Source: an uncultured cyanobacterium
GTDB taxonomy: Bacteria > Cyanobacteriota > Cyanobacteriia > PCC-9006 > JAAUQQ01
Direction: 5' to 3'
NCBI GenBank assembly: GCA_963718615.1
Contig: OY970368.1
Location: 4,896,001 to 4,960,000, forward strand
DNA: 64,000 nt
The notes under the pieces are model-generated. The model saw only the letters and a list, made by a program, of their open reading frames with translations, was not told the DNA's origin and made no database searches. Each line of letters begins with the position of its first letter. Position 1 is the first letter of the stretch. The translations under genes were made by a program, and so were the position numbers. Below are positions 49,630 through 58,602 of this stretch, piece after piece.

Positions 49630-49702
49630 CGAGCATGGCAGGATTCGAACCTGCGACCCTCAGAACCGGAATCTGATGCTCTATCCACTGAGCTACATGC
49701 CC
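49630..49702 (-). tRNA. tRNA-Arg(CCG)
   Basis: GGGCATGTAGCTCAGTGGATAGAGCA-TCAGA-TT-CCG-GT-TCTGA-GGGTC-GCAGGTTCGAATCCTGC-CATGCTCG; 73 nt, CCA not encoded. Confidence 0.97.
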
Positions 49703-49787
49703 TCTCAGACTTTCCCAGTATATCAGGATAGGCGTGAATCGGTGCTAGATTCGCTATGCGTCTTTTGGCCCCACGAAGCCGACCTGC

Positions 49788-50945
49788 ATGTTTTTGTCTG
49801 CTCTCCACCTCCGTCAGTTTCGCAACTATGCCGAGCAATCGGTGGAATTTTCAGCCCCGAAGACAATTTTGGTGGGGGAGAACGCCCAGGGAAAGTCAAA
49901 TTTGCTGGAGGCGGTGGAGCTGCTTTCGGCGCTGAAGTCGCACCGGACCAGTCGCGATCGCGATCTCGTTTTAGATGGCCATGACCTTGCCCAAATCAAA
50001 GGACAGGTTGAGCGCGGAGCCGGTCCCCTAGAGCTAAAAATGACGCTGCGCACCAGTGGTCGCCGCACGGTGGTCTTGAATGGAGAAACCCTACGGCGGC
50101 AGATGGATTTTCTGGGGATGCTGAATACAGTGCAGTTTTCGAGCCTGGATCTCGAGCTGGTGAGGGGAGGACCGGCCTATCGACGGGACTGGCTAGATGG
50201 ATTGCTGATTCAGCTAGAGCCATTTTATGCCCACTTGCTCCAGCAGTATGGGCGGGTTCTGCGACAGCGCAATGCTCTGCTGCGCCAGGCGGCTTCGGAG
50301 GGAGAACCGGGTATAGCTCCATTCTCGACAGATCCGCTGGCCGGTTTGGCGATTTGGGATGCGCAGCTCGCGGCTCTGGGCACCCGCCTGCTGCGGCGAC
50401 GCGCCCGCGCCCTAGAGCGGCTAACGCCCTTGGCCCAGCATTGGCATGGGCTGATCAGCGGCAGTCGGGAAGACTTACAGATGGTTTATCGCCCCAGCGT
50501 GGCGCGGGAGGAACCGGCCCTGTGGGACCAGCCCGAGGCGTTGCAGACGGCCTTTCTGGAGAGGATTCGTCAGCGGGCGATCGCCGAACAGGTCAACGGC
50601 ACCACCCTAGTCGGACCCCATCGGGACGAAATCGACTTTCTCATTAACGAAACCCCAGCGCGCCAATACGGTTCTCAAGGTCAGCAGCGAACCCTGGTGT
50701 TGGCGCTCAAACTAGCGGAGCTAAAACTGATTGACGAGGTTATCGGCGATCCCCCGCTGTTGCTCTTGGACGATGTCTTAGCAGAGCTCGATCTCAACCG
50801 CCAGAACCAGCTCCTGGAAGTCATTCAAGACCGCTTTCAAACCCTGATTACCACGACCCATTTGAGCGCCTTTGAGGCCCAGTGGCTGCAGTCCTCGCAA
50901 ATTTTGACCGTGCAAGCAGGCCGGATCGTCTCGCTAGCCCTCTAA
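49788..50945 (+). CDS. recF: DNA replication/repair protein RecF
   Basis: FRNY, Walker [39 protein letters not shown]. Confidence 0.98.
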   Translation: MFLSALHLRQFRNYAEQSVEFSAPKTILVGENAQGKSNLLEAVELLSALKSHRTSRDRDLVLDGHDLAQIKGQVERGAGPLELKMTLRTSGRRTVVLNGETLRRQMDFLGMLNTVQFSSLDLELVRGGPAYRRDWLDGLLIQLEPFYAHLLQQYGRVLRQRNALLRQAASEGEPGIAPFSTDPLAGLAIWDAQLAALGTRLLRRRARALERLTPLAQHWHGLISGSREDLQMVYRPSVAREEPALWDQPEALQTAFLERIRQRAIAEQVNGTTLVGPHRDEIDFLINETPARQYGSQGQQRTLVLALKLAELKLIDEVIGDPPLLLLDDVLAELDLNRQNQLLEVIQDRFQTLITTTHLSAFEAQWLQSSQILTVQAGRIVSLAL

Positions 50946-51060
50946 GCTTTATCCCTCAAGGCTTTTCCTGAAAATAGGGTCGCAGCCAGTTACAGATCTG
51001 TCTTTCCACGCTGTTATGTAGAGAAACATTGCTCTATGATGGTTAGCTGTTGTTAATTGG

Positions 51061-51250
51061 AAGCCTTCTGTCATTTAGGCTAGGCTTATCTGCTGATTTG
51101 GGGGGTGGGAGCAATTCGCTCAACACGTCTGATTGGAACTACTGCCAAATGGGCTGGGAATCGTCGCTTGCGGCGCTTCACCTGGCCTCCTGCGGAAACG
51201 TAGCGTCGCGGACGGTCCTAACCATCCGAAATCTCGGCTAGGCTTGCCTG
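51061..51250 (+). promoter_or_regulatory. Candidate structured cis-regulatory leader RNA of speD
   Basis: Several hairpins capped by GCAA, CUUG and GAAA tetraloops plus a three-way junction in the recF-speD spacer (see findings); no known family recognised. Confidence 0.4.
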
Positions 51251-51294
51251 CCTGGAGAAGCGGAAAGCGTCCTACTAATTGGGGATAGAGAACC

Positions 51295-51720
51295 ATGTCT
51301 TACTCACTATCTAGCCAGTTGGGGGATCAGTTTTTTGCTCCCGTTGGAACCCACTGCATCCTTGAACTCTACGGCTGTCCAGCTGAAGCGCTAAATGATG
51401 CAGATCGAATACAGCAAGCATTACGCGATGCTGCTCGGGTTGCTGACTCAACGCTTCTATCCGAAGTGTGTCACCAGTTTCAACCCCACGGGGTAACGGC
51501 TCTCGCTCTGTTAGCCGAATCCCATATTTCTGTTCATACCTGGCCTGAAACCGGCTATGCAGCAGTTGATGTCTTTACCTGTGGAGAACACACAAAGCCT
51601 GAAAAGGCCTGTGTTTACCTGGTTGAAGCGCTCCAGGCAGGAGATTATACGCTCCAAACCGTAGCGCGACGTCCGCCCGCTGTCCCCAGTATTAAACAGG
51701 AGCCAGCGATCGCCTGCTAA
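51295..51720 (+). CDS. speD: S-adenosylmethionine decarboxylase proenzyme
   Basis: GTHCILELYGC, HQFQPHGVT, self-cleavage site LAE|SHISVHTWPE, DVFTCG. Confidence 0.95.
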   Translation: MSYSLSSQLGDQFFAPVGTHCILELYGCPAEALNDADRIQQALRDAARVADSTLLSEVCHQFQPHGVTALALLAESHISVHTWPETGYAAVDVFTCGEHTKPEKACVYLVEALQAGDYTLQTVARRPPAVPSIKQEPAIAC

Positions 51721-51805
51721 CTTCGGCAGTCAATCACAATCGGACAACTTGTGAATTCTATGGATTGGAATTCTAATTTTGGAATTCTGGTCATAGAATT
51801 TTTTT

Positions 51806-51833
51806 AGGGAGTGGCGATCGCCACTCCCTTTTT
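51806..51833 (+). terminator. Perfect 24-bp palindrome centred on HIP1, followed by a T-run; speD terminator
   Basis: AGGGAGTGGCGA|TCGCCACTCCCT then TTTT. Confidence 0.7.
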
Positions 51834-51901
51834 ACAGTTTTTTCACCACTTATGTCCCTGAATTGAGAAAATAGAACACAGCGACAGAAACCTTACACAG
51901 A

Positions 51902-52864
51902 TTACTGGCCTGGATTACACCCCGCAAAACCCGTTTTGTACGCAATAGCCGCTCTGGCTGCAACAGGAAGATCGTCGTAAGAAGAACACGCGACTCTTAT
52001 GTTCTCATTAATTCTCCTTAAACTTGCATCAAAGCCCGTTTCTCCATGTTGACCAAGATAAACATCCAGCTTCCAAACATATCTTGCGACATCACCAACG
52101 TTCTCTCGAAAAATATCCCTTGTCTTGCTCGGGCAGGTGGGATCCCAAGTCCCACAAGCAGTAGAAATATCGTACTTATTTGAAGTAAAAAGAGTGCGAC
52201 CTCTTCTATCTATTGCCACAACAAAGGTACTAGCTCTCGTAGCTGTATTTTTACTATTGCTCTCAGCGGCACCTTCTATAATAAGCAGACCATCTCGATT
52301 CAGAGTCGCTGTCACAATTCCTTTGCCACCACCCATAGGCGCAAAATTATGTCCTATAACCTGTGGACTGGTCTCTGGAGACAAAAGGTCACCTGGTTGT
52401 GGTTGCGGTTGCGGTTGCGGAGAATAGGGGGATTGAAGTCCAGAAACTGATATCTGGTTTGAGCCTGATAGAGTAACTGTATATACTTGGGAATTATAAA
52501 TCCCGACTTCTCCAACATAAAATATGCAGCCTCCATCAATTTGAATTCCCCAATCATCTCCTACGTAAAAAGGCTGGTTGTTGTAAACTAAAAATGTTCT
52601 GTTTGAAGCCCCAATTGTCCAGTTAGCGAATTGTGAGGCAGAATCAGAATGAATCAAATTGATCCGTACAGGATTTGAGCGTTTATTGTCAATTAAAACT
52701 CGACCAGTTCTGTTGAGTTTTCGCCAACTAAAATCTTGAGAATAAGAACTGCGGCAAGGAATCGCGGCTATGGCAGAAGGTGTTTGAGAAGGAAGAACGC
52801 TCCAAACAGTAGCCGTAAACGCGCCAGCCGTCAAAAAGCCAACCATTCTTGAAAGGGTTTTCAT
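51902..52864 (-). CDS. Secreted two-domain hypothetical protein with (PQ)n linker
   Basis: Signal peptide ending AIA, SPQPQPQPQP linker, six Cys; AT-rich coding sequence; GAGGAG RBS upstream. Confidence 0.75.
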   Translation of the reverse strand: MKTLSRMVGFLTAGAFTATVWSVLPSQTPSAIAAIPCRSSYSQDFSWRKLNRTGRVLIDNKRSNPVRINLIHSDSASQFANWTIGASNRTFLVYNNQPFYVGDDWGIQIDGGCIFYVGEVGIYNSQVYTVTLSGSNQISVSGLQSPYSPQPQPQPQPGDLLSPETSPQVIGHNFAPMGGGKGIVTATLNRDGLLIIEGAAESNSKNTATRASTFVVAIDRRGRTLFTSNKYDISTACGTWDPTCPSKTRDIFRENVGDVARYVWKLDVYLGQHGETGFDASLRRINENIRVACSSYDDLPVAARAAIAYKTGFAGCNPGQ

Positions 52865-53226
52865 GGCTTTGCTCCTCTGTGCTCGAACTTTTCTGAAGCT
52901 GATTCAACGTGCATAGATAGCACTCTGAACTAACTAGAGGAATTAATTAAGCATTTATGCTTAAATCCATGCTAGCTTTTGAAGTCAAAAATTGAGATTC
53001 CATATGAATTACTTTTAATAAAATGCTAAAAAACTTTATCGATTACAAAAGACTTGTTGCAAAACAATCATAAAAATCCTTACAATCTAGTCTTAGCAAG
53101 TATTTCAGCAATTTTTGTTCTGCTATCACAACAGCCCTCAAGTTCAGCAAGGGAACAACAGTCTAATCTAATTTGTACTTTATGGGGGGAAGCAGAGAAA
53201 TAGCAATCCCCCCAAAGCTTCTTCCT

Positions 53227-54648
53227 CTAACGGACAATCAAACGCTCGGGCAACCGTTGTTCGACGGGCCAAGCCTCAGGATCGAGATTGAGTTCAGGAA
53301 ACATTTGAGGATTAAAGAGGGGTTGCTTTTCGCCAACGTTCATTTGCGAATCAAAGTCTCGCATCACCCGTAGGCCAACTTTAAACAGCAGCACCAGGGC
53401 AAATAAATTGACTAACGCCAACAGCCCCATGGTGACATCGGCAAACCCAAAGACAGTGCCCAAGTCCTGAGCCGACCCCCAAACCACGAGAGCCAGGGTC
53501 AAGACACGAAAGCCAGTAAACAGCGCTTTGTTTTCTTCGCTAAAGAAATTGAGGCTATTTTCGCCTAGATAGTAGTTATAGATCATGGAGGTGAACGCAA
53601 AGAGAAATAGCGCGATCGTCACAAACGCTCGTCCCCACTCCCCGACATGCTCTGCCATGGCAGATTGAGTCATGGTAATGCCCCCTACATCACTGCCGGG
53701 TTGATAAACCGTTGAGAGCAGAATAATTGCCGCCGTGCAGGAACACAGGACAATTGTATCAATGAAAACGCTAAAGGCTTGTACGATGCCCTGATTGACC
53801 GGGTGTTTCACGTAGGCAACGGCAGCCACATTGGGAGCACTCCCCAAACCCGCCTCATTGGAAAATAGACCTCGTTTGACCCCAAAAATAATCGCAGTGC
53901 CAATGCCTCCACTCACGGCCTGCTCTAATCCAAAGGCGCTGTTGAAGATCAGCGCAAATACCCCCGGCACGAGACTCAGATGGGTCACAATGACAAATAA
54001 TGCCATGGCGAAATAGCCCACAGCCATAATCGGAACCACAAACTCGGCCACTTCAGCAATCCGCTTGATGCCTCCGAAGATAATGAGTCCCAAAACAAGC
54101 ATCAATATTACGCCTGTCACCGGAGTCGGTATCCCAAAGGTGTCGTTGAGGGATGTGGCGACCGTGTAAGACTGCAAAGCATTAAAGCCAAAACCAAAGG
54201 TCACAAGTAACAGCAATGAGAACAGGGAAGATAACCACCGCTGACCCAAGCCTCGGTTGATGTAGTAAGCAGGGCCACCGCGATAGGTCCCATCAGGTTC
54301 AGCATTCTTGAAAAGTTGTGCGAGGGTGCATTCAAAAAAGCTGGTAGACATCCCAATCAGACCGATCACCCACATCCAAAACACAGCGCCAGGTCCCCCT
54401 AAGGTGATGGCGACAGCAACGCCAGCAATGTTACCGGCCCCAACCCGACCCGCAACACTCAACACTAGGGCTTGAAATGAACTCAATTTGCCTGCCTCAT
54501 GGTGGGTAGCATCCTTAAAGATGCCGAACATTTGGCCGAAGTAACGAAACTGAACAAAGCGCGAGGCGATCGTGAAAAGCAGTCCCACCGAGATTAACGC
54601 GACAATGAGGATTTTTCCCCAAAGCAGATCATTGAGAAAATCGAGCAT
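53227..54648 (-). CDS. Alanine/glycine:cation symporter (AGCS family)
   Basis: AGRVGAGNIAGVA, GGPGAVFWMW, YRGGPAYY, RGLFSNEAGLGSAP. Confidence 0.95.
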   Translation of the reverse strand: MLDFLNDLLWGKILIVALISVGLLFTIASRFVQFRYFGQMFGIFKDATHHEAGKLSSFQALVLSVAGRVGAGNIAGVAVAITLGGPGAVFWMWVIGLIGMSTSFFECTLAQLFKNAEPDGTYRGGPAYYINRGLGQRWLSSLFSLLLLVTFGFGFNALQSYTVATSLNDTFGIPTPVTGVILMLVLGLIIFGGIKRIAEVAEFVVPIMAVGYFAMALFVIVTHLSLVPGVFALIFNSAFGLEQAVSGGIGTAIIFGVKRGLFSNEAGLGSAPNVAAVAYVKHPVNQGIVQAFSVFIDTIVLCSCTAAIILLSTVYQPGSDVGGITMTQSAMAEHVGEWGRAFVTIALFLFAFTSMIYNYYLGENSLNFFSEENKALFTGFRVLTLALVVWGSAQDLGTVFGFADVTMGLLALVNLFALVLLFKVGLRVMRDFDSQMNVGEKQPLFNPQMFPELNLDPEAWPVEQRLPERLIVR

Positions 54649-54915
54649 GGATTATGTCCCTGAAATCTATACTTTTGGGTTTAGTCAGAAAAGTCTAAGA
54701 GGCAAGAATATGTAGAACCACGTTCTCTACGGAAGAAACAACAAAACTTTTGAATTTGTTATGATTTTTGAAAATCAGATACTCTGTCTCGCCATTCTAT
54801 CCGACATCTCATTATCAACAGAGCTGGTTAACAGTTGACACTTTATAGCACTTCAGTCAGAGCGGAACAATGAGATATTTAGCTGACAGTATCTATGGAC
54901 TAAACGATTAACGCT

Positions 54916-54929
54916 GTATCTTTCAACAC
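54916..54929 (-). promoter_or_regulatory. Possible NtcA site upstream of the AGCS transporter
   Basis: Minus strand GTG-N8-TAC (one mismatch to GTA-N8-TAC), with TACTGT (TAN3T) 24 nt downstream. Confidence 0.3.
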
Positions 54930-55228
54930 GGTTTAGCAAGCGATCGCAGATTGGATTTACTTGGATTTACAACGATTTTGAGCGGAGATAAGCTATATTT
55001 TTCCGAGGGATTTTTCGTTTGGAGAAGCTAATACTTTGAAGTGCTTTGATTTGCAGTTCTTTGAAGTGTGCAATATTAACTTTTCGCGATCCATCCTTTG
55101 CTCCCTTTGCTCTTTGATCCTGGAGTGAGAATATTCACCCACACTCTACTCCATAATCCTTTAGCTGCTTTAAAAATCGCCTCCCTCCCCCATAATAGAA
55201 ACCGTCCCCTTAGGAACAGCCTAGCCCC

Positions 55229-56122
55229 ATGCCAGCCTTCGATTCCTACAGCGGCGCAGTCGCCAAACTACTCACCCATAGCCGCCCCATCCCCAAACAC
55301 CATACCCCTAGCGACTGGCCCGACTACATCGAAGAACTCGGCCTCACCGACGCCGATATCCCCGAGCTCATCCGCCTCGCCACCGATCCCGCCATCGCCA
55401 ACGCCCCCAGCGACCGGATCGAGGTTTGGTCTGCTGTGCATGCTTGGCGATCGCTGGCCCAACTCCAAGCCCCTGCCGCAGCCGAGCCCCTGCTCAGTCT
55501 TCTCGGCAACGAAGCCGACGACTGGATCACCGAAGAAATGCCCTGGGTTTATGGCTTGATCGGTCCCAGCACCATTCCTATCCTTGCCCAATATCTCCAG
55601 AGTGCTGCCCAAAACCTGTGGGGACGGATGACTAGCGTAAGCTGCTTGCGGGCCATTGCAGAGGAACATGCCGAAGGACGAGAAGAGGCCATCACAGTAT
55701 TGATCACACAACTCAAAAGCCACCATCAAAATGGTGAAGAACTCAACGGCCTCTTGATTACCGAACTCATCGAACTCAAAGCCACAGAAGCCGCACCCAT
55801 CATCGAACAGGCCTACCGATCAGGCGAAGTTGATGAACTCATGGCTGGAACCTGGCCCGATTGCCAAGTGAGCCTGGGACTCAAAAACCGTTCCGAATTT
55901 TCTGAAGCCGATTTTCAACCCCAAATGCCACCAGAACTGGAGGAAATTAAGCGATTAGGCCGCTGGGCCGATGACATCAAAGCGGCTGAAGGCGAAGCAG
56001 AAAACCTGGGGGAACTGTTATCTGATAGAAGCTTGTCTGACGCGCTCCCTAGGGCATCACAGGGGTTTAGCCAAAATGGCCATCGGGGTCCTAAGCAGAA
56101 AAAAGGAAATAATAAAAAATGA
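55229..56122 (+). CDS. HEAT-repeat-like (DUF1186-type) protein
   Basis: DIPELIRLA, VHAWRSLAQL..AAEPLL, IGPSTIP.L, ATEAAPIIEQAY; basic C-terminal tail. Confidence 0.6.
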   Translation: MPAFDSYSGAVAKLLTHSRPIPKHHTPSDWPDYIEELGLTDADIPELIRLATDPAIANAPSDRIEVWSAVHAWRSLAQLQAPAAAEPLLSLLGNEADDWITEEMPWVYGLIGPSTIPILAQYLQSAAQNLWGRMTSVSCLRAIAEEHAEGREEAITVLITQLKSHHQNGEELNGLLITELIELKATEAAPIIEQAYRSGEVDELMAGTWPDCQVSLGLKNRSEFSEADFQPQMPPELEEIKRLGRWADDIKAAEGEAENLGELLSDRSLSDALPRASQGFSQNGHRGPKQKKGNNKK

Positions 56123-56634
56123 CAACTTTGATCGGTTCCAGCGATAAGCCAAGTGACAAACCCAGTGACAAGTCAGGCGACAAACGCGACTACAGTGCTG
56201 AAGTGGCGGTTGCGATTTTGTATCAAGGAAATCAGTTCTTACTGCAACTTCGCGATGATATCCCCACGATTATTTATCCAGGTCATTGGGCTTTTTGCGG
56301 GGGCCATTTGGATCCCGGCGAAGATGCAGATACAGCCGTACGGCGAGAATTGCAGGAAGAGATCGGGCATATACCGCTGAGCCTTGAATTGTATCAACGA
56401 ACGATTGGCCCGACGCAAGACAACAAAAGAATTCTAAGAAATTTCTACCACGGGCCATTGACAGTACCCGTGGCATCACTTGAGATCAATGAAGGGCAGG
56501 AGCTAGCGCTGTGTTCTATCACCGATATTGACCGGGGCTTTCGGTTTTCGGAGCTCCTGCAAGAGGATCGCCCCATCGGGCCTCCCCATCAACAAGTTTT
56601 ACAAGCATTCATCACCGCAAAAAGCCTGCGATAG
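56119..56634 (+). CDS. NUDIX hydrolase
   Basis: LLQLRDD..IIYPGHW and Nudix box GGHLDPGEDADTAVRRELQEEIG; SDKP tandem repeat at the N-terminus. Confidence 0.92.
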   Translation: MTTLIGSSDKPSDKPSDKSGDKRDYSAEVAVAILYQGNQFLLQLRDDIPTIIYPGHWAFCGGHLDPGEDADTAVRRELQEEIGHIPLSLELYQRTIGPTQDNKRILRNFYHGPLTVPVASLEINEGQELALCSITDIDRGFRFSELLQEDRPIGPPHQQVLQAFITAKSLR

Positions 56635-56654
56635 GTGACCGAGGATTGAATCCG

Positions 56655-57149
56655 TTATAGGCTCAAGTTAGCATTTTTCATCGCGGTATTGGGATCAACG
56701 CCCATCGGACCGACGATCTCGCGAAATAGGGTGATCTGAGACTGAAAGTCTAGCCCAACAATCGTGTGAAACAATGATTCAGCCTCAGAATTTAGAGTGT
56801 AATCCTCTGGAAAGGGTACAATCACGGCTTCATCCATCCCTTGTGCCAAAAGGTACCAAAATAGCAACTTAGTCGTATCACTCATTGCGCCATATTCACG
56901 CGAAATTAACGAATTTTTTTGCTCAATCAGATCACGCTGCATCTGGAGCTGTTCCTCCTGGGAGAGTGCTTGTAACTGTTTGTAGAGGCCATTCGCGATC
57001 GGCTCAGCCGCAGTGCTGGCACCGGGCGCAGCAGGGGTAATCGACTCACCCATCTCCTGGTAAATAAACCAGAGTAAAGCAAGCTTTTGATCGGTTTCTA
57101 AAACCTGAAATTTTTGAGTTTCTGAGGTATGCAGATTAGCAGCAACCAT
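56655..57149 (-). CDS. Helical carotenoid protein (OCP N-terminal-domain homolog, HCP)
   Basis: DQKLALLWFIY.EMG.SITPAAPG, EQLQMQRDL, ISREYG..TKLLFWY.LAQGM, QITLFR..V.PMG. Confidence 0.93.
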   Translation of the reverse strand: MVAANLHTSETQKFQVLETDQKLALLWFIYQEMGESITPAAPGASTAAEPIANGLYKQLQALSQEEQLQMQRDLIEQKNSLISREYGAMSDTTKLLFWYLLAQGMDEAVIVPFPEDYTLNSEAESLFHTIVGLDFQSQITLFREIVGPMGVDPNTAMKNANLSL

Positions 57150-57305
57150 AGAATTTGATCCTCGTTATACAACTGTAGATACGCTAACGAGCTCTGAGCA
57201 TCTACGAATCCAACCCTAGACAGAGAGGGCCTAGCTATAAAGTCCATAAGAATAGAATTGCTTGTTCATGGCTTGAATCATTTCTTAAATTCTTTGGGTT
57301 TAACT

Positions 57306-57740
57306 ATGCCAACGCCTTATTCTCCAAACCAGCAAAACAGCACTGTGGCATCTCCCTCTTTCGACAGAGCCGAACCCGTCATTGAGCAGTATTTTAACTA
57401 CATGAATATCGCAGCCTACGACCAGGTTGTAAAATTATTTGCTAATTCAGGCTTGCTCATTGCACCGTTTACTAAGCCTCTTCAGGGTCATCTTGCTATT
57501 CTTGAGTACTTGCAAGCAGAAGCTAAAGAGATGAAGCTTGTACCAATCGGAATAGAGCGTTTAGCGGCACCAGAAACTACGTCCCTGACCCAATATCGAG
57601 TACAAGGTAAAGTTGAAAGTTCCCTCTTTACGGTTAATGTCACCTGGAGCTTTCAGCTCAACAATGACTCTGAAATAGAAACCGTCGAAGTCAAACTGTT
57701 AGCCAGCTTCGCGGAGCTATTGCCCTTAGCCTCCACATGA
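57306..57740 (+). CDS. OCP C-terminal-domain homolog (CTDH, NTF2-like)
   Basis: EPVIEQYF..MN, APF..P..G..AI.EYL..EA, VQGKV..FTVNVTWSF.LN, KLLAS..ELL. Confidence 0.88.
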   Translation: MPTPYSPNQQNSTVASPSFDRAEPVIEQYFNYMNIAAYDQVVKLFANSGLLIAPFTKPLQGHLAILEYLQAEAKEMKLVPIGIERLAAPETTSLTQYRVQGKVESSLFTVNVTWSFQLNNDSEIETVEVKLLASFAELLPLAST

Positions 57741-58471
57741 GCATAGGGCAAGTCAAACCAAGATAGGGTAGGGTGTTGGTGATGCGCTTGATGATAGCCA
57801 AAGTGGTAACAGCTCAAAAACGAGAGCCAAATTGGATAATCCAGGCTGAAGATTTTATTGCTCTGGCCCACCCTGGGACAATGGGGAAGGTAGGTACCAA
57901 ACAAAAAGAGCTGTAGAGAACTTAGCAAAATTGGTAAGATCCAGTACAGCAGAAACTGAGCGATCGACCCCCCAAATCCCCAATAAAAAATCTGTTGAAT
58001 CAATAACCAAGATCCCACTAATCGAATTAGCTCGTACTCCGAAATATAGTTTTTGAGAAAGCTGAAATACCAGCAAACAATGGATCGCGATCGCTCCATC
58101 CATCCCCTCCCAGCATACTGCTCGTCATCAGCATACCCGCTATAAAAATCAGGATCCTGCGATTGCGAGGGAAACTGATGATGTAATCGATGATTGCGAC
58201 GACACTTAGAATAAGAGAGAAACGCATACAAGCTTAAGGATAGCTGACCCAGGATTCGATTGCTTTTAGCATTCGGAAAAACGCTGCCATGCATGGCATC
58301 GTGGGCAATAATAAAGAGCCCAGTATGGCAAAAGGTTCGAGTCAGAATAATAGCAATACTTACGGCGATCGCTTCAACCGGCACAAGCATGAGGGCTAAG
58401 CTCAAGCTCCAAGCCACTAGAATCGTCGCAGCAACTACCTGAGCCTTATCTAAAACAAGATAAAAACGCAA
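57653..58471 (-). CDS. crtW: Beta-carotene ketolase (CrtW type, fatty-acid-desaturase superfamily)
   Basis: His boxes HTGLFIIAHDAMHG, HRLHH..DPDF and CYHFGYHQAHH, plus QLFLFGTYLPH; TTG start. Confidence 0.88.
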   Translation of the reverse strand: MRFYLVLDKAQVVAATILVAWSLSLALMLVPVEAIAVSIAIILTRTFCHTGLFIIAHDAMHGSVFPNAKSNRILGQLSLSLYAFLSYSKCRRNHRLHHQFPSQSQDPDFYSGYADDEQYAGRGWMERSRSIVCWYFSFLKNYISEYELIRLVGSWLLIQQIFYWGFGGSIAQFLLYWILPILLSSLQLFLFGTYLPHCPRVGQSNKIFSLDYPIWLSFLSCYHFGYHQAHHQHPTLSWFDLPYAHVEAKGNSSAKLANSLTSTVSISESLLS

Positions 58472-58602
58472 TCCAAGCCTTCCTAAACCGCTGTAAACGG
58501 AATTTCACAACTAGTTCCTCTCAATCTAAAAAGGATTAGAAAAGTTAAACGCTATCGGAAGGCAGAAATTGCTATAGCGAGTCCCGCAAGACTAGTCGCC
58601 GA

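Noticed and set aside
49500-49702. tRNA-Arg as an island integration site
   Set aside because: Flanked by recF and an ordinary-looking hypothetical gene; no att duplication or integrase seen
54719-54745. CGTTCTCTACGGAAG as a glnA (glutamine) riboswitch
   Set aside because: Wrong strand for the adjacent transporter and the closing stem is missing
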